Shown here one piece after another: positions 9,738-19,536 of a DNA stretch of 64,000 nt. Both the position numbers and the translations under genes were made by a program. Where the stretch lies: assembly GCF_041909095.1 (NCBI RefSeq), contig NZ_JAYREB010000003.1:136826-200825 (forward strand), in the 5' to 3' direction. The notes below the pieces were generated by a model. It worked only from the letters and a program-made list of their open reading frames with translations, was not told the DNA's origin and ran no database searches. The DNA is from Azonexus sp. (lineage in GTDB: Bacteria > Pseudomonadota > Gammaproteobacteria > Burkholderiales > Rhodocyclaceae). How positions within the stretch are numbered: position 1 is the first letter of the stretch; each line of letters opens with the position of its first letter.

Positions 9738-10790
9738 TCAGCCGCCGCTGCCGAGGCGTTCGAGGGCCCAGGCGACATGCTCGCGCACCAGCGCCGAATC
9801 ATCGTCGGCGCGGGTGCGCAGGGTGGTGATCGCCTCGGCCGCGGCCGGGCCGTTGCCGAGCCCGACGGCGATGTTGCGCAGCCAGCGTTCGTGGCCGATG
9901 CGGCGGATCGGGTTGCCGGCCAGGCGGTCGTTGAATTGTTGTTCGCTCCAGGCGAACAATTCGATCAGCGTGGCCGAATCCAGACCGTGGCGCGGCGCGA
10001 ATTCCGGGTCGCCGAGTTGGGCGAAACGGTTCCATGGGCAGCAGGTCTGGCAATCGTCGCAGCCGTAGATGCGGTTGCCGAGCAGCGGTCGGAATTCCTC
10101 GGGGATGGCGCCGGCCAGTTCAATCGTTAGGTAGGAAATGCAGCGCCGTGCATCGACCACGTAGGGGGCAACGATGGCGCCGGTCGGGCAGGCATCTAGG
10201 CAGGCGCGGCAGCTGCCGCAGTGCTCGTCGACCGGGGTGTCGGGCGGCAGCGGCAGGTCGCAGTAGATTTCGCCGAGAAAGCGCCAAGACCCCCGTTTCG
10301 ACAACAGCAGGGTGTGCTTGCCGCGCCAGCCGAGGCCGGCCTGGCTGGCGTATTCGACTTCCATCACCGGTGCCGAATCGGAAAACACGCGGTAGCCGAA
10401 GGGGCCGGCGATTTCGCCGATGGCGGTGGCCAGCTTCTGCAAGCGGCTGCGTACCACCTTGTGGTAATCGCGGCCCTGGGCGTAGCGGGAGATCGCCGCC
10501 TGGCCGGGATCGTCGGCCGCTTTGTCGTGCGGCAGGTAGTCGAGGGCGGCGGCAATTACCGTGATCGTGCCGGCCTCCAGTTGCTGCGGCTGGGCGCGCA
10601 GTTCAAGGTGGCGCGCCATATAATCCATCTCCCCGTGCATGCCGGCGGCCAGCCATGCACGCAGCCGGTCGACGGCGGCGCCCGGTTCGGCGCGGGCCAC
10701 GCCGATTTCGGCAAAACCCAGTTCCCGGCCGAGTTCGCGGATGCGTGCCTTGAGGGCGACGTAGTCCAGTTTGGAGTCCTGATCATGCAT
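9738..10790 (-). CDS. queG: Epoxyqueuosine reductase
   Basis: CGSCRACLDACPTGA and YGCDDCQTCCPWNRFA 4Fe-4S motifs, plus a C-terminal HEAT-like tail. ATG at 10790 (MHDQDSKLDY...). Confidence 0.9.
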   Translation of the reverse strand: MHDQDSKLDYVALKARIRELGRELGFAEIGVARAEPGAAVDRLRAWLAAGMHGEMDYMARHLELRAQPQQLEAGTITVIAAALDYLPHDKAADDPGQAAISRYAQGRDYHKVVRSRLQKLATAIGEIAGPFGYRVFSDSAPVMEVEYASQAGLGWRGKHTLLLSKRGSWRFLGEIYCDLPLPPDTPVDEHCGSCRACLDACPTGAIVAPYVVDARRCISYLTIELAGAIPEEFRPLLGNRIYGCDDCQTCCPWNRFAQLGDPEFAPRHGLDSATLIELFAWSEQQFNDRLAGNPIRRIGHERWLRNIAVGLGNGPAAAEAITTLRTRADDDSALVREHVAWALERLGSGG

Positions 10791-11300
10791 GGCACGGATG
10801 TTACCGCCGTTTTCGATCTGCCCGACGAGGCGGCGACCCAGCGCCTCGGCGCCGACCTGGCGCAGGCGCTGCAGCCAGGCCTGGTGATTTACCTCGACGG
10901 CGACCTCGGCGCCGGCAAGACGACGCTGGCGCGGGCGCTGATCCGGGCGCTTGGCCACAGCGGTCCGGTGAAGAGTCCGACCTATGCTTTGGTTGAAGTT
11001 TACGTAGTTTCGAGTTTATACTTGTATCACTTTGATTTTTATCGCTTCGAGTCACCAGAGGAATTCCTCGATGCGGGGTTTGGCGAATATTTCAACGAAG
11101 CAAGCGTTTGTCTGGTCGAGTGGCCCGACAAGGCGGCTGGCTGCGTTCCTTCGTCCGACCTGCGCATTCGCCTGCAACACGCTGGTGACGGACGGATTGC
11201 CGAACTCGCAGCCAACTCGGAAAGGGGGGCCTCGTGCGTAAGAACCATCGCCTCGATCCGCGCCGCCGGCAACTCCTGCGCTACGCCGGAACCGCGCTAG
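10785..11300 (+). CDS. tsaE: tRNA t6A37 biosynthesis ATPase TsaE (YjeE)
   Basis: LDGDLGAGKTTLARALIRALG (P-loop), VKSPTYALVEVY, HFDFYRF and VCLVEWP are TsaE motifs. ATG 10785. The 3' end overlaps amiC by 67 nt. Confidence 0.85.
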   Translation: MHGTDVTAVFDLPDEAATQRLGADLAQALQPGLVIYLDGDLGAGKTTLARALIRALGHSGPVKSPTYALVEVYVVSSLYLYHFDFYRFESPEEFLDAGFGEYFNEASVCLVEWPDKAAGCVPSSDLRIRLQHAGDGRIAELAANSERGASCVRTIASIRAAGNSCATPEPR

Positions 11301-12550
11301 TCCTTTCGGTGACGCCGCTGTCCGGCCGGGCAGCCAGTCGGCCGGCGATCGTCGCCGTACGCATCTGGCCGGCCGCCGACTATACCCGGGTGACGCTGGA
11401 GCATGACGCGCCGCTCAAGTTCACCCATTTCACCGTTGAAAATCCGGATCGCCTGGTCGTCGATATCGAGGGGGTCGAGTTCAACGGTGTGCTCGAGAGC
11501 CTCGCCGGCAAGGTTGCGGGCGACGACCCCTACATCCGCTTGCTGCGTGCCGGGCGTTTCAAGCCCGGTGTCGTCCGTCTGGTGATGGAGTTGAAGACGC
11601 GGGTCGCGCCGCAGGTCTTTTCGCTGACGCCGGTTGGCGAGTATGGCCACCGCCTGGTGCTCGACGTCTATCCGGAAACGCCGCTCGATCCGTTGATGTC
11701 GCTGCTGGAAGGGCGCCAGGAGGCAGTCGAGCCGCTCAAGCCGGGGCAGGATCTTGCCGGCAGGGAGCAGAAGCCGGTCGAGGTTGTCGAAAGCCAGCCG
11801 GCGAAACGTTCTGGCAAGGCTGTCGTGGATCGGCTGGTGACGATCATGCTCGACCCCGGCCATGGCGGCGAGGATCCCGGTGCCGTCGGCAAGCGCGGCA
11901 CCCATGAAAAGAACGTGACGCTGGCCATTGCCCGCCGTCTCAAGGCGCGCATCGACGCCGAACCGAACATGCGCGCCGTGCTCACCCGCGACGGCGATTT
12001 CTTCGTGCCGCTGCAGGTGCGCGTGCAGAAGGCGCGGCGCATCCAGTCCGACCTCTTCCTGTCGATCCACGCCGATGCCTGGATCAAGCCCGACGCGCGC
12101 GGTTCCTCGGTCTTCGTCCTGTCCGAGAAGGGGGCGTCGAGCACCCAGGCCCGCCTGCTGGCGCAGAAAGAAAACAGCGCCGACCTGATCGGCGGCGTCA
12201 ATCTGGCGAAGACCAAGGACGTTTTCCTCGCCCGCACCCTGCTCGATCTGTCGCAGACGGCGACCATCAACGACAGCCTGAAGCTCGGCAAGTACCTGCT
12301 CGGCGAACTTGGTTCGATCAACCACCTGCACAAGACCAGTGTCGAGCAGGCGGGATTCGCCGTCCTCAAGGCGCCGGACATCCCGTCGGCGCTGATCGAG
12401 ACCGCCTTCATCTCCAATCCGGAAGAAGAGCTGCGCTTGAAGGACGACGCCTATCAGGAGCAGATGGCCGACGCCATCATGCGCGGCATCCGCCAGTACT
12501 TCATCAAGCATCCGCCGGGACCGAAGGCGAGGATTGCCAGGGTTGGCTGA
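11234..12550 (+). CDS. amiC: N-acetylmuramoyl-L-alanine amidase (AmiC-type, Tat-exported, AMIN domain)
   Basis: Twin-arginine leader (DPRRRQLLRY), an AMIN-like N-domain and Amidase_3 motifs (IMLDPGHGGEDPGA, FLSIHADA, LIETAFISNPEEE). GTG start at 11234. Confidence 0.9.
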   Translation: MRKNHRLDPRRRQLLRYAGTALVLSVTPLSGRAASRPAIVAVRIWPAADYTRVTLEHDAPLKFTHFTVENPDRLVVDIEGVEFNGVLESLAGKVAGDDPYIRLLRAGRFKPGVVRLVMELKTRVAPQVFSLTPVGEYGHRLVLDVYPETPLDPLMSLLEGRQEAVEPLKPGQDLAGREQKPVEVVESQPAKRSGKAVVDRLVTIMLDPGHGGEDPGAVGKRGTHEKNVTLAIARRLKARIDAEPNMRAVLTRDGDFFVPLQVRVQKARRIQSDLFLSIHADAWIKPDARGSSVFVLSEKGASSTQARLLAQKENSADLIGGVNLAKTKDVFLARTLLDLSQTATINDSLKLGKYLLGELGSINHLHKTSVEQAGFAVLKAPDIPSALIETAFISNPEEELRLKDDAYQEQMADAIMRGIRQYFIKHPPGPKARIARVG

Positions 12551-13257
12551 TGCAGCCCGCGCTGTTCGCTGAACTGCGGCGTCTCTACGCGGCTGCCGAT
12601 GTTGCTGGCGACGCCGTGCAGCTGCCGCTGCTTGACGCCACTGCCACGGCCCGGGCCTTGCTCATCGAATTCCCGCAGGCCAGCGACTGGCCGAGCGTTG
12701 GTGCAACCCTGAGTTATCTCGCCGACGAACTGGCCCTGCCACGGCCGGCCCTGTCGGTCTCTGCTGGCGGCGCGTTCACGCTCTGGCTGGCTTTCGCATC
12801 ACCGCGGCCGCTGCCGCAGCTGGCGGCGTTTTTCGATGGTCTGCGGGTGGCCTGCCTGAGCGATCTGCCGGCTGACCGACTGCGCTGTCATCCCTTGAGC
12901 GGGCTTGCAACCGTGCCGGTGGTGCCCGCTTTTGACGCCGTGGTCGAGCGCTGGTCGGCCTTCATCGATCCCGGCATGGGCAGCATGTTCATCAGCGAGC
13001 CGGGCCTGGAGTTTCCGCCGAATTCGGAACGACAGGCCGAAATGCTGGCCGCTCTGCGGGCGATCGACGACCGCCAGTTTGCCAGGGTCATGGCCCAACT
13101 GCCGACGCCACCCCAGGCGGCTATGGACGCTTTGCCCTTGGCCGGGCATTTCACCGACCCGGCGGCTTTCCTGCTGGCGGTGATGAACGACGCAGCGGTG
13201 CCTATCGGCGAGCGGATCAACGCGGCCAGCGCCTTGCTTGTGGCAGGCCGACGCTGA
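12550..13257 (+). CDS. Hypothetical protein, translationally coupled to amiC
   Basis: 235-aa Ala/Leu/Pro-rich ORF with no recognisable motif. Its ATG overlaps the amiC stop (ATGA). Codon usage looks consistent with neighbouring genes. Confidence 0.5.
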   Translation: MQPALFAELRRLYAAADVAGDAVQLPLLDATATARALLIEFPQASDWPSVGATLSYLADELALPRPALSVSAGGAFTLWLAFASPRPLPQLAAFFDGLRVACLSDLPADRLRCHPLSGLATVPVVPAFDAVVERWSAFIDPGMGSMFISEPGLEFPPNSERQAEMLAALRAIDDRQFARVMAQLPTPPQAAMDALPLAGHFTDPAAFLLAVMNDAAVPIGERINAASALLVAGRR

Positions 13258-13261
13258 CGCC

Positions 13262-14308
13262 TTAGAACAGTTCGATCTCGCCCTTGGCGATTTCACGCGC
13301 AGCGAGGCGCCCGTCTTCAATCAGCTGTTCGTAGCAGGCGACCTGGTTGCGGCCGTTGCGCTTGACGTAGTAAAGGGCCTCGTCGGCGCGTTCGATGACG
13401 TCGCTTGGCGTGTCGCTGATCAGCAGGCGGCTGAAGCCGATGCTGACGGTGACGTGGCCGACGCGACTGAAAACGGTTTGCTCGACGTCGTGCCGGAAAC
13501 GTTCCAGGCTCGCTGCTGCCGACTCGCGGTTGGTTGGCTGCAGCAACGCGATGAATTCCTCGCCGCCGAAGCGGAACAACTGGTCGTCGAAGCGGAAGCT
13601 CTGGCGCATCACCTGCGACACCATGATCAGCACCTCGTCGCCGATCAGGTGGCCGTGGGTATCGTTGACCCGCTTGAAATGGTCGATATCGCAAACCGCC
13701 AGCCAGTGGTTGCTATCCGCTTGTGCTTGGCGACGGGCCGGTTGCGGCGCGTTGCCGAGTCGGCGGTCGGTGCTGGCCTGACCGAGCAGTTCGAACAGGT
13801 GCTTGTCGAAGGTCTTGCGGCTGGACAGCCCGGTCAGCGTGTCGGTTTCGCCGTAGTCGAGAAGGCCGATGTGATTGCCGAAATATTCGATCAGTCCCAT
13901 CAGCGTGACGCGCAGGTCGGCGGAAAAATCTTCAGCCATCTCCAGATCGATGAAATAGATCGGGTCGTCGAGACGCATGATGGGAAAGATCACCCGGTGC
14001 GAGCCATCGTCCAGGTGTTCGAGAACGGCGGAGAGTTCGCGTCGGCAGCGCAGTAGCAGGGGGTCGCGTTCGATCGGCTGGCTGAATTGTGCTTCGGGCA
14101 GGTAGGCGTTGCGCAGGAACTGGCCTTGCGGCCCGAAGCCGGCACAGGAGAAGACGACAGTCTTGCGTTTGCTGGCGTAGCAGCGGTAAATGCTCACCCG
14201 GCGTGGTGCAAACAATTCGGTCAGCGCATCAACCATGGCCGAATTGATTTCGGTGCGGTCGCGGCGCGCCGAAATGCGAAGGACATGGTTGATCAGGTTG
14301 AGCATCAT
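13262..14308 (-). CDS. Diguanylate cyclase (GGDEF domain) with an N-terminal GAF/PAS-like sensor
   Basis: LTGLSSRKTFD, DIDHFKRVNDTHGHLIGDEVL, active site RFGGEEF, ADEALYYVKRNGRNQV. Confidence 0.85.
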   Translation of the reverse strand: MMLNLINHVLRISARRDRTEINSAMVDALTELFAPRRVSIYRCYASKRKTVVFSCAGFGPQGQFLRNAYLPEAQFSQPIERDPLLLRCRRELSAVLEHLDDGSHRVIFPIMRLDDPIYFIDLEMAEDFSADLRVTLMGLIEYFGNHIGLLDYGETDTLTGLSSRKTFDKHLFELLGQASTDRRLGNAPQPARRQAQADSNHWLAVCDIDHFKRVNDTHGHLIGDEVLIMVSQVMRQSFRFDDQLFRFGGEEFIALLQPTNRESAAASLERFRHDVEQTVFSRVGHVTVSIGFSRLLISDTPSDVIERADEALYYVKRNGRNQVACYEQLIEDGRLAAREIAKGEIELF

Positions 14309-14435
14309 CGGAAGAGGCCTGGCGGTTTTGCCGGATTATAGCGATGGCAGATCGGGCAAGGGGCTGTTTTTCCGTTGTTTTGTCGGCATTCAGGGGGCTA
14401 GCCGGTATAATCGCGGTTTTTTCCGCCAGCCTTCG

Positions 14436-15371
14436 ATGCGCGTTTTTCGCGGTTATTCCCGTCCTGTTCCGGCACCCGTTGCACTGGCCATCGGCAATTT
14501 CGATGGCGTGCATCTCGGCCATGCGGCCCTGGTTGCCCGCCTGGTCGAGGTTGCCCGACAAGGCGGCGTGGTGCCGACGGTGCTCAGCTTCGAGCCGCAT
14601 CCGCGCGAGTTTTTTGCCCCCGACTCAGCGCCGGCCCGGCTCAGCACCTTCCGCGAAAAACTCGAACTGCTGGCCGACAGCGGTATCGCCCAGGCGATGA
14701 TCTGCCCTTTCAACCGCGCCTTCGCTGCGCTCAGCGCCGAGCAATTCATCGAAGCGGTGCTGGTGCGCGGGCTACAGGTCCGGCATCTGGTGATCGGTGA
14801 CGATTTCCGCTTCGGCAAGGGGCGGGTCGGTGATTTCGCCTTGCTGCAGGCCGCTGGCGAACGTCACGGTTTCACGGTCGAAGCGATGGGCAGTGTCGTT
14901 GTCGACGGCGAGCGCGTCTCCAGTTCCGGCGTGCGCCAGGCGCTGGCGGCTGGCGACATGGCGCACGCGGCGAAGCTGCTTGGCCGCCCCTACATGATGG
15001 ACGGTCAGGTCGCGCACGGCCAGAAGCTCGGCCGTCAGCTCGGTTTCGCGACCGCCAACCTGCGCATCAAGCACAATCCGCTGCCGATGACCGGCGTCTT
15101 CGCGGTCGAGGTTGCCGGCCTGGGGCCGACACCTTTGCCCGGCGTCGCCAACCTCGGCGTCCGGCCCACCGTCGGCGGCACGCGGCCGCTGCTCGAAGTG
15201 CATCTGTTCGATTTCGACCGCGACATCTACGGCGCCCACATTTCGGTGCGCTTCGTGCACAAGCTGCGCGACGAGCAACGTTTTCCCAATTTCGACGCCC
15301 TCAAGGCGCAGATCGCGGCCGATGCCGCGGCGGCGCGGGCTTTTTTTACCGCAAAGACGCAAAGGCGCTAA
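14436..15371 (+). CDS. ribF: Bifunctional riboflavin kinase / FMN adenylyltransferase
   Basis: ALAIGNFDGVHLGHAAL, VLSFEPHPREFF, GFATANL, and the LLEVHLFDF...YG kinase domain. ATG 14436. Confidence 0.93.
   Translation: MRVFRGYSRPVPAPVALAIGNFDGVHLGHAALVARLVEVARQGGVVPTVLSFEPHPREFFAPDSAPARLSTFREKLELLADSGIAQAMICPFNRAFAALSAEQFIEAVLVRGLQVRHLVIGDDFRFGKGRVGDFALLQAAGERHGFTVEAMGSVVVDGERVSSSGVRQALAAGDMAHAAKLLGRPYMMDGQVAHGQKLGRQLGFATANLRIKHNPLPMTGVFAVEVAGLGPTPLPGVANLGVRPTVGGTRPLLEVHLFDFDRDIYGAHISVRFVHKLRDEQRFPNFDALKAQIAADAAAARAFFTAKTQRR
15348..15368. repeat. Left arm of the imperfect inverted repeat bracketing the GxxExxY ORF
   Basis: ACCGCAAAGACGCAAAGGCGC. Its reverse complement matches 15790-15810 at 19 of 21 positions. 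It overlaps the last codons of ribF. Confidence 0.7.
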
Positions 15372-15372
15372 G

Positions 15373-15771
15373 TTGACGCAAAGATTTTTTGGCGATGCGC
15401 TGGATGAATTGAGCAAGCAGGTGATTGGTGCCGCGATTGAAGTGCATCGTCATCTGGGGCCGGGCTTGCTTGAAAGTGCCTATGCGGACTGCCTGATCGT
15501 TGAACTCGCGGAGCGCGGGATGGCGTCTGAGAAAGAGGTTCTGTTGCCCCTGCACTATAAATCTGTGGTGGTAAACAAGGCCTACCGAATTGATTTGCTG
15601 GTTGAGCAGTCGCTGATCGTCGAACTGAAAGCGTGTGATCAACTGTTGCCTGTACACTCCGCCCAACTTCTGACCTATCTCAAGCTGACAGGGTTGCAGT
15701 TGGGCTTGCTGATGAACTTCAATCACGGGCTGATGCATCAAGGGATCAAGCGCGTGGTCAATGGATTTTGA
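15373..15771 (+). CDS. GxxExxY family protein (PD-(D/E)XK nuclease-fold superfamily)
   Basis: VIGAAIEVHRHLGPGLLESAYADCLIVEL...YRIDLLVEQSLIVELKA...QLLTYLKLTGLQLGLLMNF is the typical GxxExxY family pattern. The only nearby in-frame start is TTG 15373. Confidence 0.75.
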   Translation: MTQRFFGDALDELSKQVIGAAIEVHRHLGPGLLESAYADCLIVELAERGMASEKEVLLPLHYKSVVVNKAYRIDLLVEQSLIVELKACDQLLPVHSAQLLTYLKLTGLQLGLLMNFNHGLMHQGIKRVVNGF

Positions 15772-15789
15772 AAACTTTGCGTAAACTTT

Positions 15790-15810
15790 GCGCCTTCGCG
15801 CCTTTGCGGT
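15790..15810. repeat. Right arm of the inverted repeat bracketing the GxxExxY ORF
   Basis: GCGCCTTCGCGCCTTTGCGGT. Preceded by further CTTTGCG units (15775-15789) that mirror the CGCAAAG units at 15351-15383. Confidence 0.7.
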
Positions 15811-15822
15811 GGATGTTAAAAA

Positions 15823-18636
15823 ATGGCTGATTACAAAGACACCCTGAACCTTCCCGATACCCCGTTCCCGATGCGTGGCGACCTGCCCAAGCGCGAGCCG
15901 CAATGGGTCGCCCAGTGGCAGGAGAAGCAGTTCTACCGGAAGATCCGCGAGATTTCTGCCGGCCGGCCGAAGTTCATCCTCCACGACGGCCCGCCGTATG
16001 CCAACGGCGACATCCACATCGGCCACGCGGTGAACAAGGTGCTGAAGGACATCATCGTCCGCTCGAAGACGCTGGCCGGTTTCGACGCGCCCTATGTGCC
16101 GGGCTGGGACTGCCACGGCATGCCGATCGAGATCCAGATCGAGAAGACGCACGGCAAGGCCATCCCGCGCGAGCAGGTGCAGAAGCTGGCGCGTGCTTAC
16201 GCTACCGAGCAGATCGAACGGCAGAAGAAGGACTTCATCCGCCTTGGCGTGCTCGGCGAGTGGGATAACCCGTACAAGACGATGAACTTCAAGACCGAAG
16301 CCGACGAGATCCGCGCCCTTGGCGCGATGGTCAAGCGCGGTTTCGTCTATCGCGGCCTGAAGCCGGTGAACTGGTGTTTCGACTGCGGCTCGGCGCTGGC
16401 CGAAGCGGAAGTCGAATACCAGGACAAGAAGTCGCCGGCCATCGACGTGGCCTTCGCCGCCGCCGAGCGCGACAAGCTGGCGGCCGCCTTCGGCCTGGCG
16501 GCCCTGCCGGCCGGTGAAGCCTATGCGGTGATCTGGACGACGACGCCATGGACCATCCCCGGCAACCAGGCGCTCAACGCGCACCCGGAAATCACCTATC
16601 ACCTGGTGCAGACCGAAAGGGGTTGCCTGATCCTCGCCGCCGATCTGCAGGAAGCTTGTCTCGCCCGCTACGGCTTGACCGGTACCACCGTTGCCGCCTG
16701 TAAGGGCGCGGCGCTGGAACGCATCGCCTTCCGCCATCCGCTCTACGACCGCCTGTCGCCGGTCTTCCTCGGCGACTACGTGACCCTCGACGCCGGCACC
16801 GGCATCGTCCATTCGGCGCCGGCCTACGGTCTGGAAGACTTCCAGTCGTGCAAGAACTACGGCATGCACAACGAGCAGATCCTGACCCCGGTGCAGGGCG
16901 ATGGGACGTTTGCCGCCGACCTGCCGTTCTTCGGCGGCATGAACGTTTGGAAGGCCAACCCGGTGATCGTCGACAAGCTGGCCGAAGTCGGTGCGCTGCT
17001 GAAGCACGCCACCATCGAGCACAGCTACATGCACTGCTGGCGCCACAAGACGCCGCTGATCTACCGCGCCACCAGCCAGTGGTTCGTGCGCATGGATGCG
17101 CCGGACGTCGACAGCCAGGGCGTCGCCGCCACCGAGCCGGCCGGCCACACGCTGCGCGAAGCCGCGCTGCAGGGCGTCGAGGACACCGCCTTCTATCCCG
17201 CCTGGGGCAAGAACCGCCTGCATGCGATGATCGCCAACCGCCCGGACTGGTGCATCTCGCGCCAGCGCAACTGGGGCGTGCCGCTGCCCTTCTTCACCCA
17301 CAAGGCGACCGGCGAACTGCATCCGAACACGCTGGAACTGATGGAAGCCGTGGCCAAGCGCGTCGAGCAGGGCGGTATCGAAGCGTGGACGCAACTCGAC
17401 GCGGCCGAACTGCTCGGCAATGACGCCGTCGACTACGTCAAGACCACCGACATCCTCGACGTCTGGTTCGATTCCGGCACCACCCACATGAGCGTGATGC
17501 GCGGCTCGCACGCCGAGCTGGGCTGGCCGGCCGACCTCTACCTGGAAGGCTCCGATCAGCATCGCGGCTGGTTCCATTCCTCGCTGCTGACCGGCGCCGC
17601 GATCGACGGCCGCGCCCCGTACAAGGCACTGCTGACGCACGGGTTCGTCGTCGACGGCAAGGGCCACAAGATGTCGAAGTCCAAGGGCAACGTCATCGCG
17701 CCGCAGCAGGTTTCGGACAAGATGGGCGCCGACATCCTGCGCCTGTGGGTGGCCTCGACCGATTACTCGGGCGAGCTGACCATCTCCGACGAAATCTTGA
17801 AGCGCGTCGTCGAAGGCTATCGCCGCATCCGCAACACGCTGCGCTTCCTGCTCGCCAACGTTTCCGATTTCGACGCCGCCGCCGACATGCTGCCGGCCGA
17901 CCAGTGGCTGGAGATCGACCGCTACGCGTTGGCGCTGACCCGCCAGTTGCAGCAGTCCTGCCAGGGCGATTACGAGCGTTTCGAGTTCCACCGCGTGGTC
18001 CAGGCGCTGCAGGGCTTCTGCTCGGAAGACCTCGGCGGCTTCTACCTCGACATCCTCAAGGACCGCCTCTACACGACGGCACCCAAGTCGCTCGCCCGCC
18101 GCTCGGCGCAGTCGGCGTTGTGGCACATTACCCAGGCCTTCGTCCGCCTGCTGGCACCGATCACTGCCTTCACCGCCGAGGAAGTCTGGGCGGTGCTGAC
18201 CGGCAATGCCGACGACTCGGTGATGTTCCAGCAATGGCATCAACTGCCGGAACAGACCGGCGAGAGCGAGCTGCTGGCGAAATGGGCGATCGTCCGCGAA
18301 GTGCGCAACGACGTGACCAAGGCGCTGGAGGCTCGCCGCGAGGCCGGCGAGATCGGCGCTGCGCTGCAGGCCGCGGTCGAAATCCGCTGCTCCGGCGACA
18401 AGTTCGCCGCGCTCTCGGCGCTCGGCGACGACCTGAAGTTCGTCTTCATCTGCTCGGCGACCTCGCTGATCGAGTCTGCCGAGGAATCGGTCACCGCCAC
18501 GCCGCTGACGCACGCCAAGTGCGAACGCTGCTGGCACGTGCGCGAGGATGTCGGCGCCGATCCGGCACATCCCGGCCTGTGCGGGCGCTGCGTCAGCAAC
18601 CTGCACGGCGACGGCGAGGTGCGCACGCATGCGTGA
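15823..18636 (+). CDS. ileS: Isoleucine--tRNA ligase
   Basis: 937 aa. HIGH motif ([14 protein letters not shown]), KMSKS, and the C-terminal zinc-binding CERCW...CGRC. Confidence 0.98.
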   Translation: MADYKDTLNLPDTPFPMRGDLPKREPQWVAQWQEKQFYRKIREISAGRPKFILHDGPPYANGDIHIGHAVNKVLKDIIVRSKTLAGFDAPYVPGWDCHGMPIEIQIEKTHGKAIPREQVQKLARAYATEQIERQKKDFIRLGVLGEWDNPYKTMNFKTEADEIRALGAMVKRGFVYRGLKPVNWCFDCGSALAEAEVEYQDKKSPAIDVAFAAAERDKLAAAFGLAALPAGEAYAVIWTTTPWTIPGNQALNAHPEITYHLVQTERGCLILAADLQEACLARYGLTGTTVAACKGAALERIAFRHPLYDRLSPVFLGDYVTLDAGTGIVHSAPAYGLEDFQSCKNYGMHNEQILTPVQGDGTFAADLPFFGGMNVWKANPVIVDKLAEVGALLKHATIEHSYMHCWRHKTPLIYRATSQWFVRMDAPDVDSQGVAATEPAGHTLREAALQGVEDTAFYPAWGKNRLHAMIANRPDWCISRQRNWGVPLPFFTHKATGELHPNTLELMEAVAKRVEQGGIEAWTQLDAAELLGNDAVDYVKTTDILDVWFDSGTTHMSVMRGSHAELGWPADLYLEGSDQHRGWFHSSLLTGAAIDGRAPYKALLTHGFVVDGKGHKMSKSKGNVIAPQQVSDKMGADILRLWVASTDYSGELTISDEILKRVVEGYRRIRNTLRFLLANVSDFDAAADMLPADQWLEIDRYALALTRQLQQSCQGDYERFEFHRVVQALQGFCSEDLGGFYLDILKDRLYTTAPKSLARRSAQSALWHITQAFVRLLAPITAFTAEEVWAVLTGNADDSVMFQQWHQLPEQTGESELLAKWAIVREVRNDVTKALEARREAGEIGAALQAAVEIRCSGDKFAALSALGDDLKFVFICSATSLIESAEESVTATPLTHAKCERCWHVREDVGADPAHPGLCGRCVSNLHGDGEVRTHA

Positions 18637-19108
18637 AGCCCGGCACTGGTACGCGCTGGCCGGCCTGATCGTCGTCCTCGACCAGATCAGCAAGTGGATT
18701 GTGCTCGGTACCATCGGGCCGGGTGAGGTCATCTACGTCGCACCTTTCTGGAACTGGGTGCTGGCCTTCAACCCGGGCGCTGCGTTCAGCTTCCTCGCCG
18801 ACCAGCCGGGCTGGCAGCGCTGGTTCTTCACCGTGTTGGCGCTCGGTGTGTCCGGCTGGATTGCGCTTGAACTGCAGAAGCACCCGGAGCATAAGCTGAT
18901 GGCGCTGGCGCTGACCCTGGTCATGGGCGGCGCGCTCGGCAACGTGATCGACCGCGTGCGCTTTGGTGCCGTCGTCGATTTCATCCAGTGGCACGCCGCC
19001 GGTTTCTACTGGCCGGCCTTCAATATCGCCGATTCGGCGATCACCGTCGGCGCCGTGCTGTTGATCGTCGCTTCGCTGACCCACAAAGAACAGAAAGAAA
19101 ACGCATGA
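18629..19108 (+). CDS. lspA: Lipoprotein signal peptidase (signal peptidase II)
   Basis: [31 protein letters not shown] and FNIADSAI motifs. ATG 18629 overlaps the ileS stop. Confidence 0.93.
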   Translation: MREARHWYALAGLIVVLDQISKWIVLGTIGPGEVIYVAPFWNWVLAFNPGAAFSFLADQPGWQRWFFTVLALGVSGWIALELQKHPEHKLMALALTLVMGGALGNVIDRVRFGAVVDFIQWHAAGFYWPAFNIADSAITVGAVLLIVASLTHKEQKENA

Positions 19109-19536
19109 GCACCACCGTCCGCCCCGACAGCTACCTGACCCTGCATTACCGCGTCACCGCCCTCGATGGCGAGGAATTCCTGTCCACCTTCGACATGAGC
19201 CCGGCGACGCTGCAGATGGGCAGCGGCCAGCTCGCCGAAAACCTCGAAAGCGTCCTGCTTGGCCTGAATGCCGGCGAGCATTACGTGTTCGAGCTGGAAC
19301 CGGAACAGGCCTTCGGTGTGCACAACGAACGCCTGGTCGAGCGCATCGCCCGCAGCGGCTTGCCTGCCGGCATGGAACTCAAGGAGAATTCCGTCGTCGA
19401 ATTCACCGCGCCCAATGGCGCGACCTTCGCCGGTTTCCTGCGCGAGCTTGATGAAACCAGCGCCCTGTTCGACTTCAACCACCCGATGGCGGGCAAGACG
19501 ATCCGCTTCGAGGTGAAAATCATCGGAATCATGTAA
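19105..19536 (+). CDS. fkpB: FKBP-type peptidyl-prolyl cis-trans isomerase (SlpA/FkpB-like)
   Basis: LHYRV...DGEEF.ST....P.T..MG.G.L...LE..L.GL..GE FKBP core with an insert-in-flap region. Its position between lspA and ispH matches E. coli. ATGA overlap with lspA. Confidence 0.85.
   Translation: MSTTVRPDSYLTLHYRVTALDGEEFLSTFDMSPATLQMGSGQLAENLESVLLGLNAGEHYVFELEPEQAFGVHNERLVERIARSGLPAGMELKENSVVEFTAPNGATFAGFLRELDETSALFDFNHPMAGKTIRFEVKIIGIM

Noticed and set aside
15346-18732. 1128-aa ORF on the minus strand
   Set aside because: It is exactly antisense to ileS, whose product is unmistakable. Its translation is Arg/Ala/Gly/Val-rich low-complexity sequence, typical of shadow ORFs in high-GC DNA.
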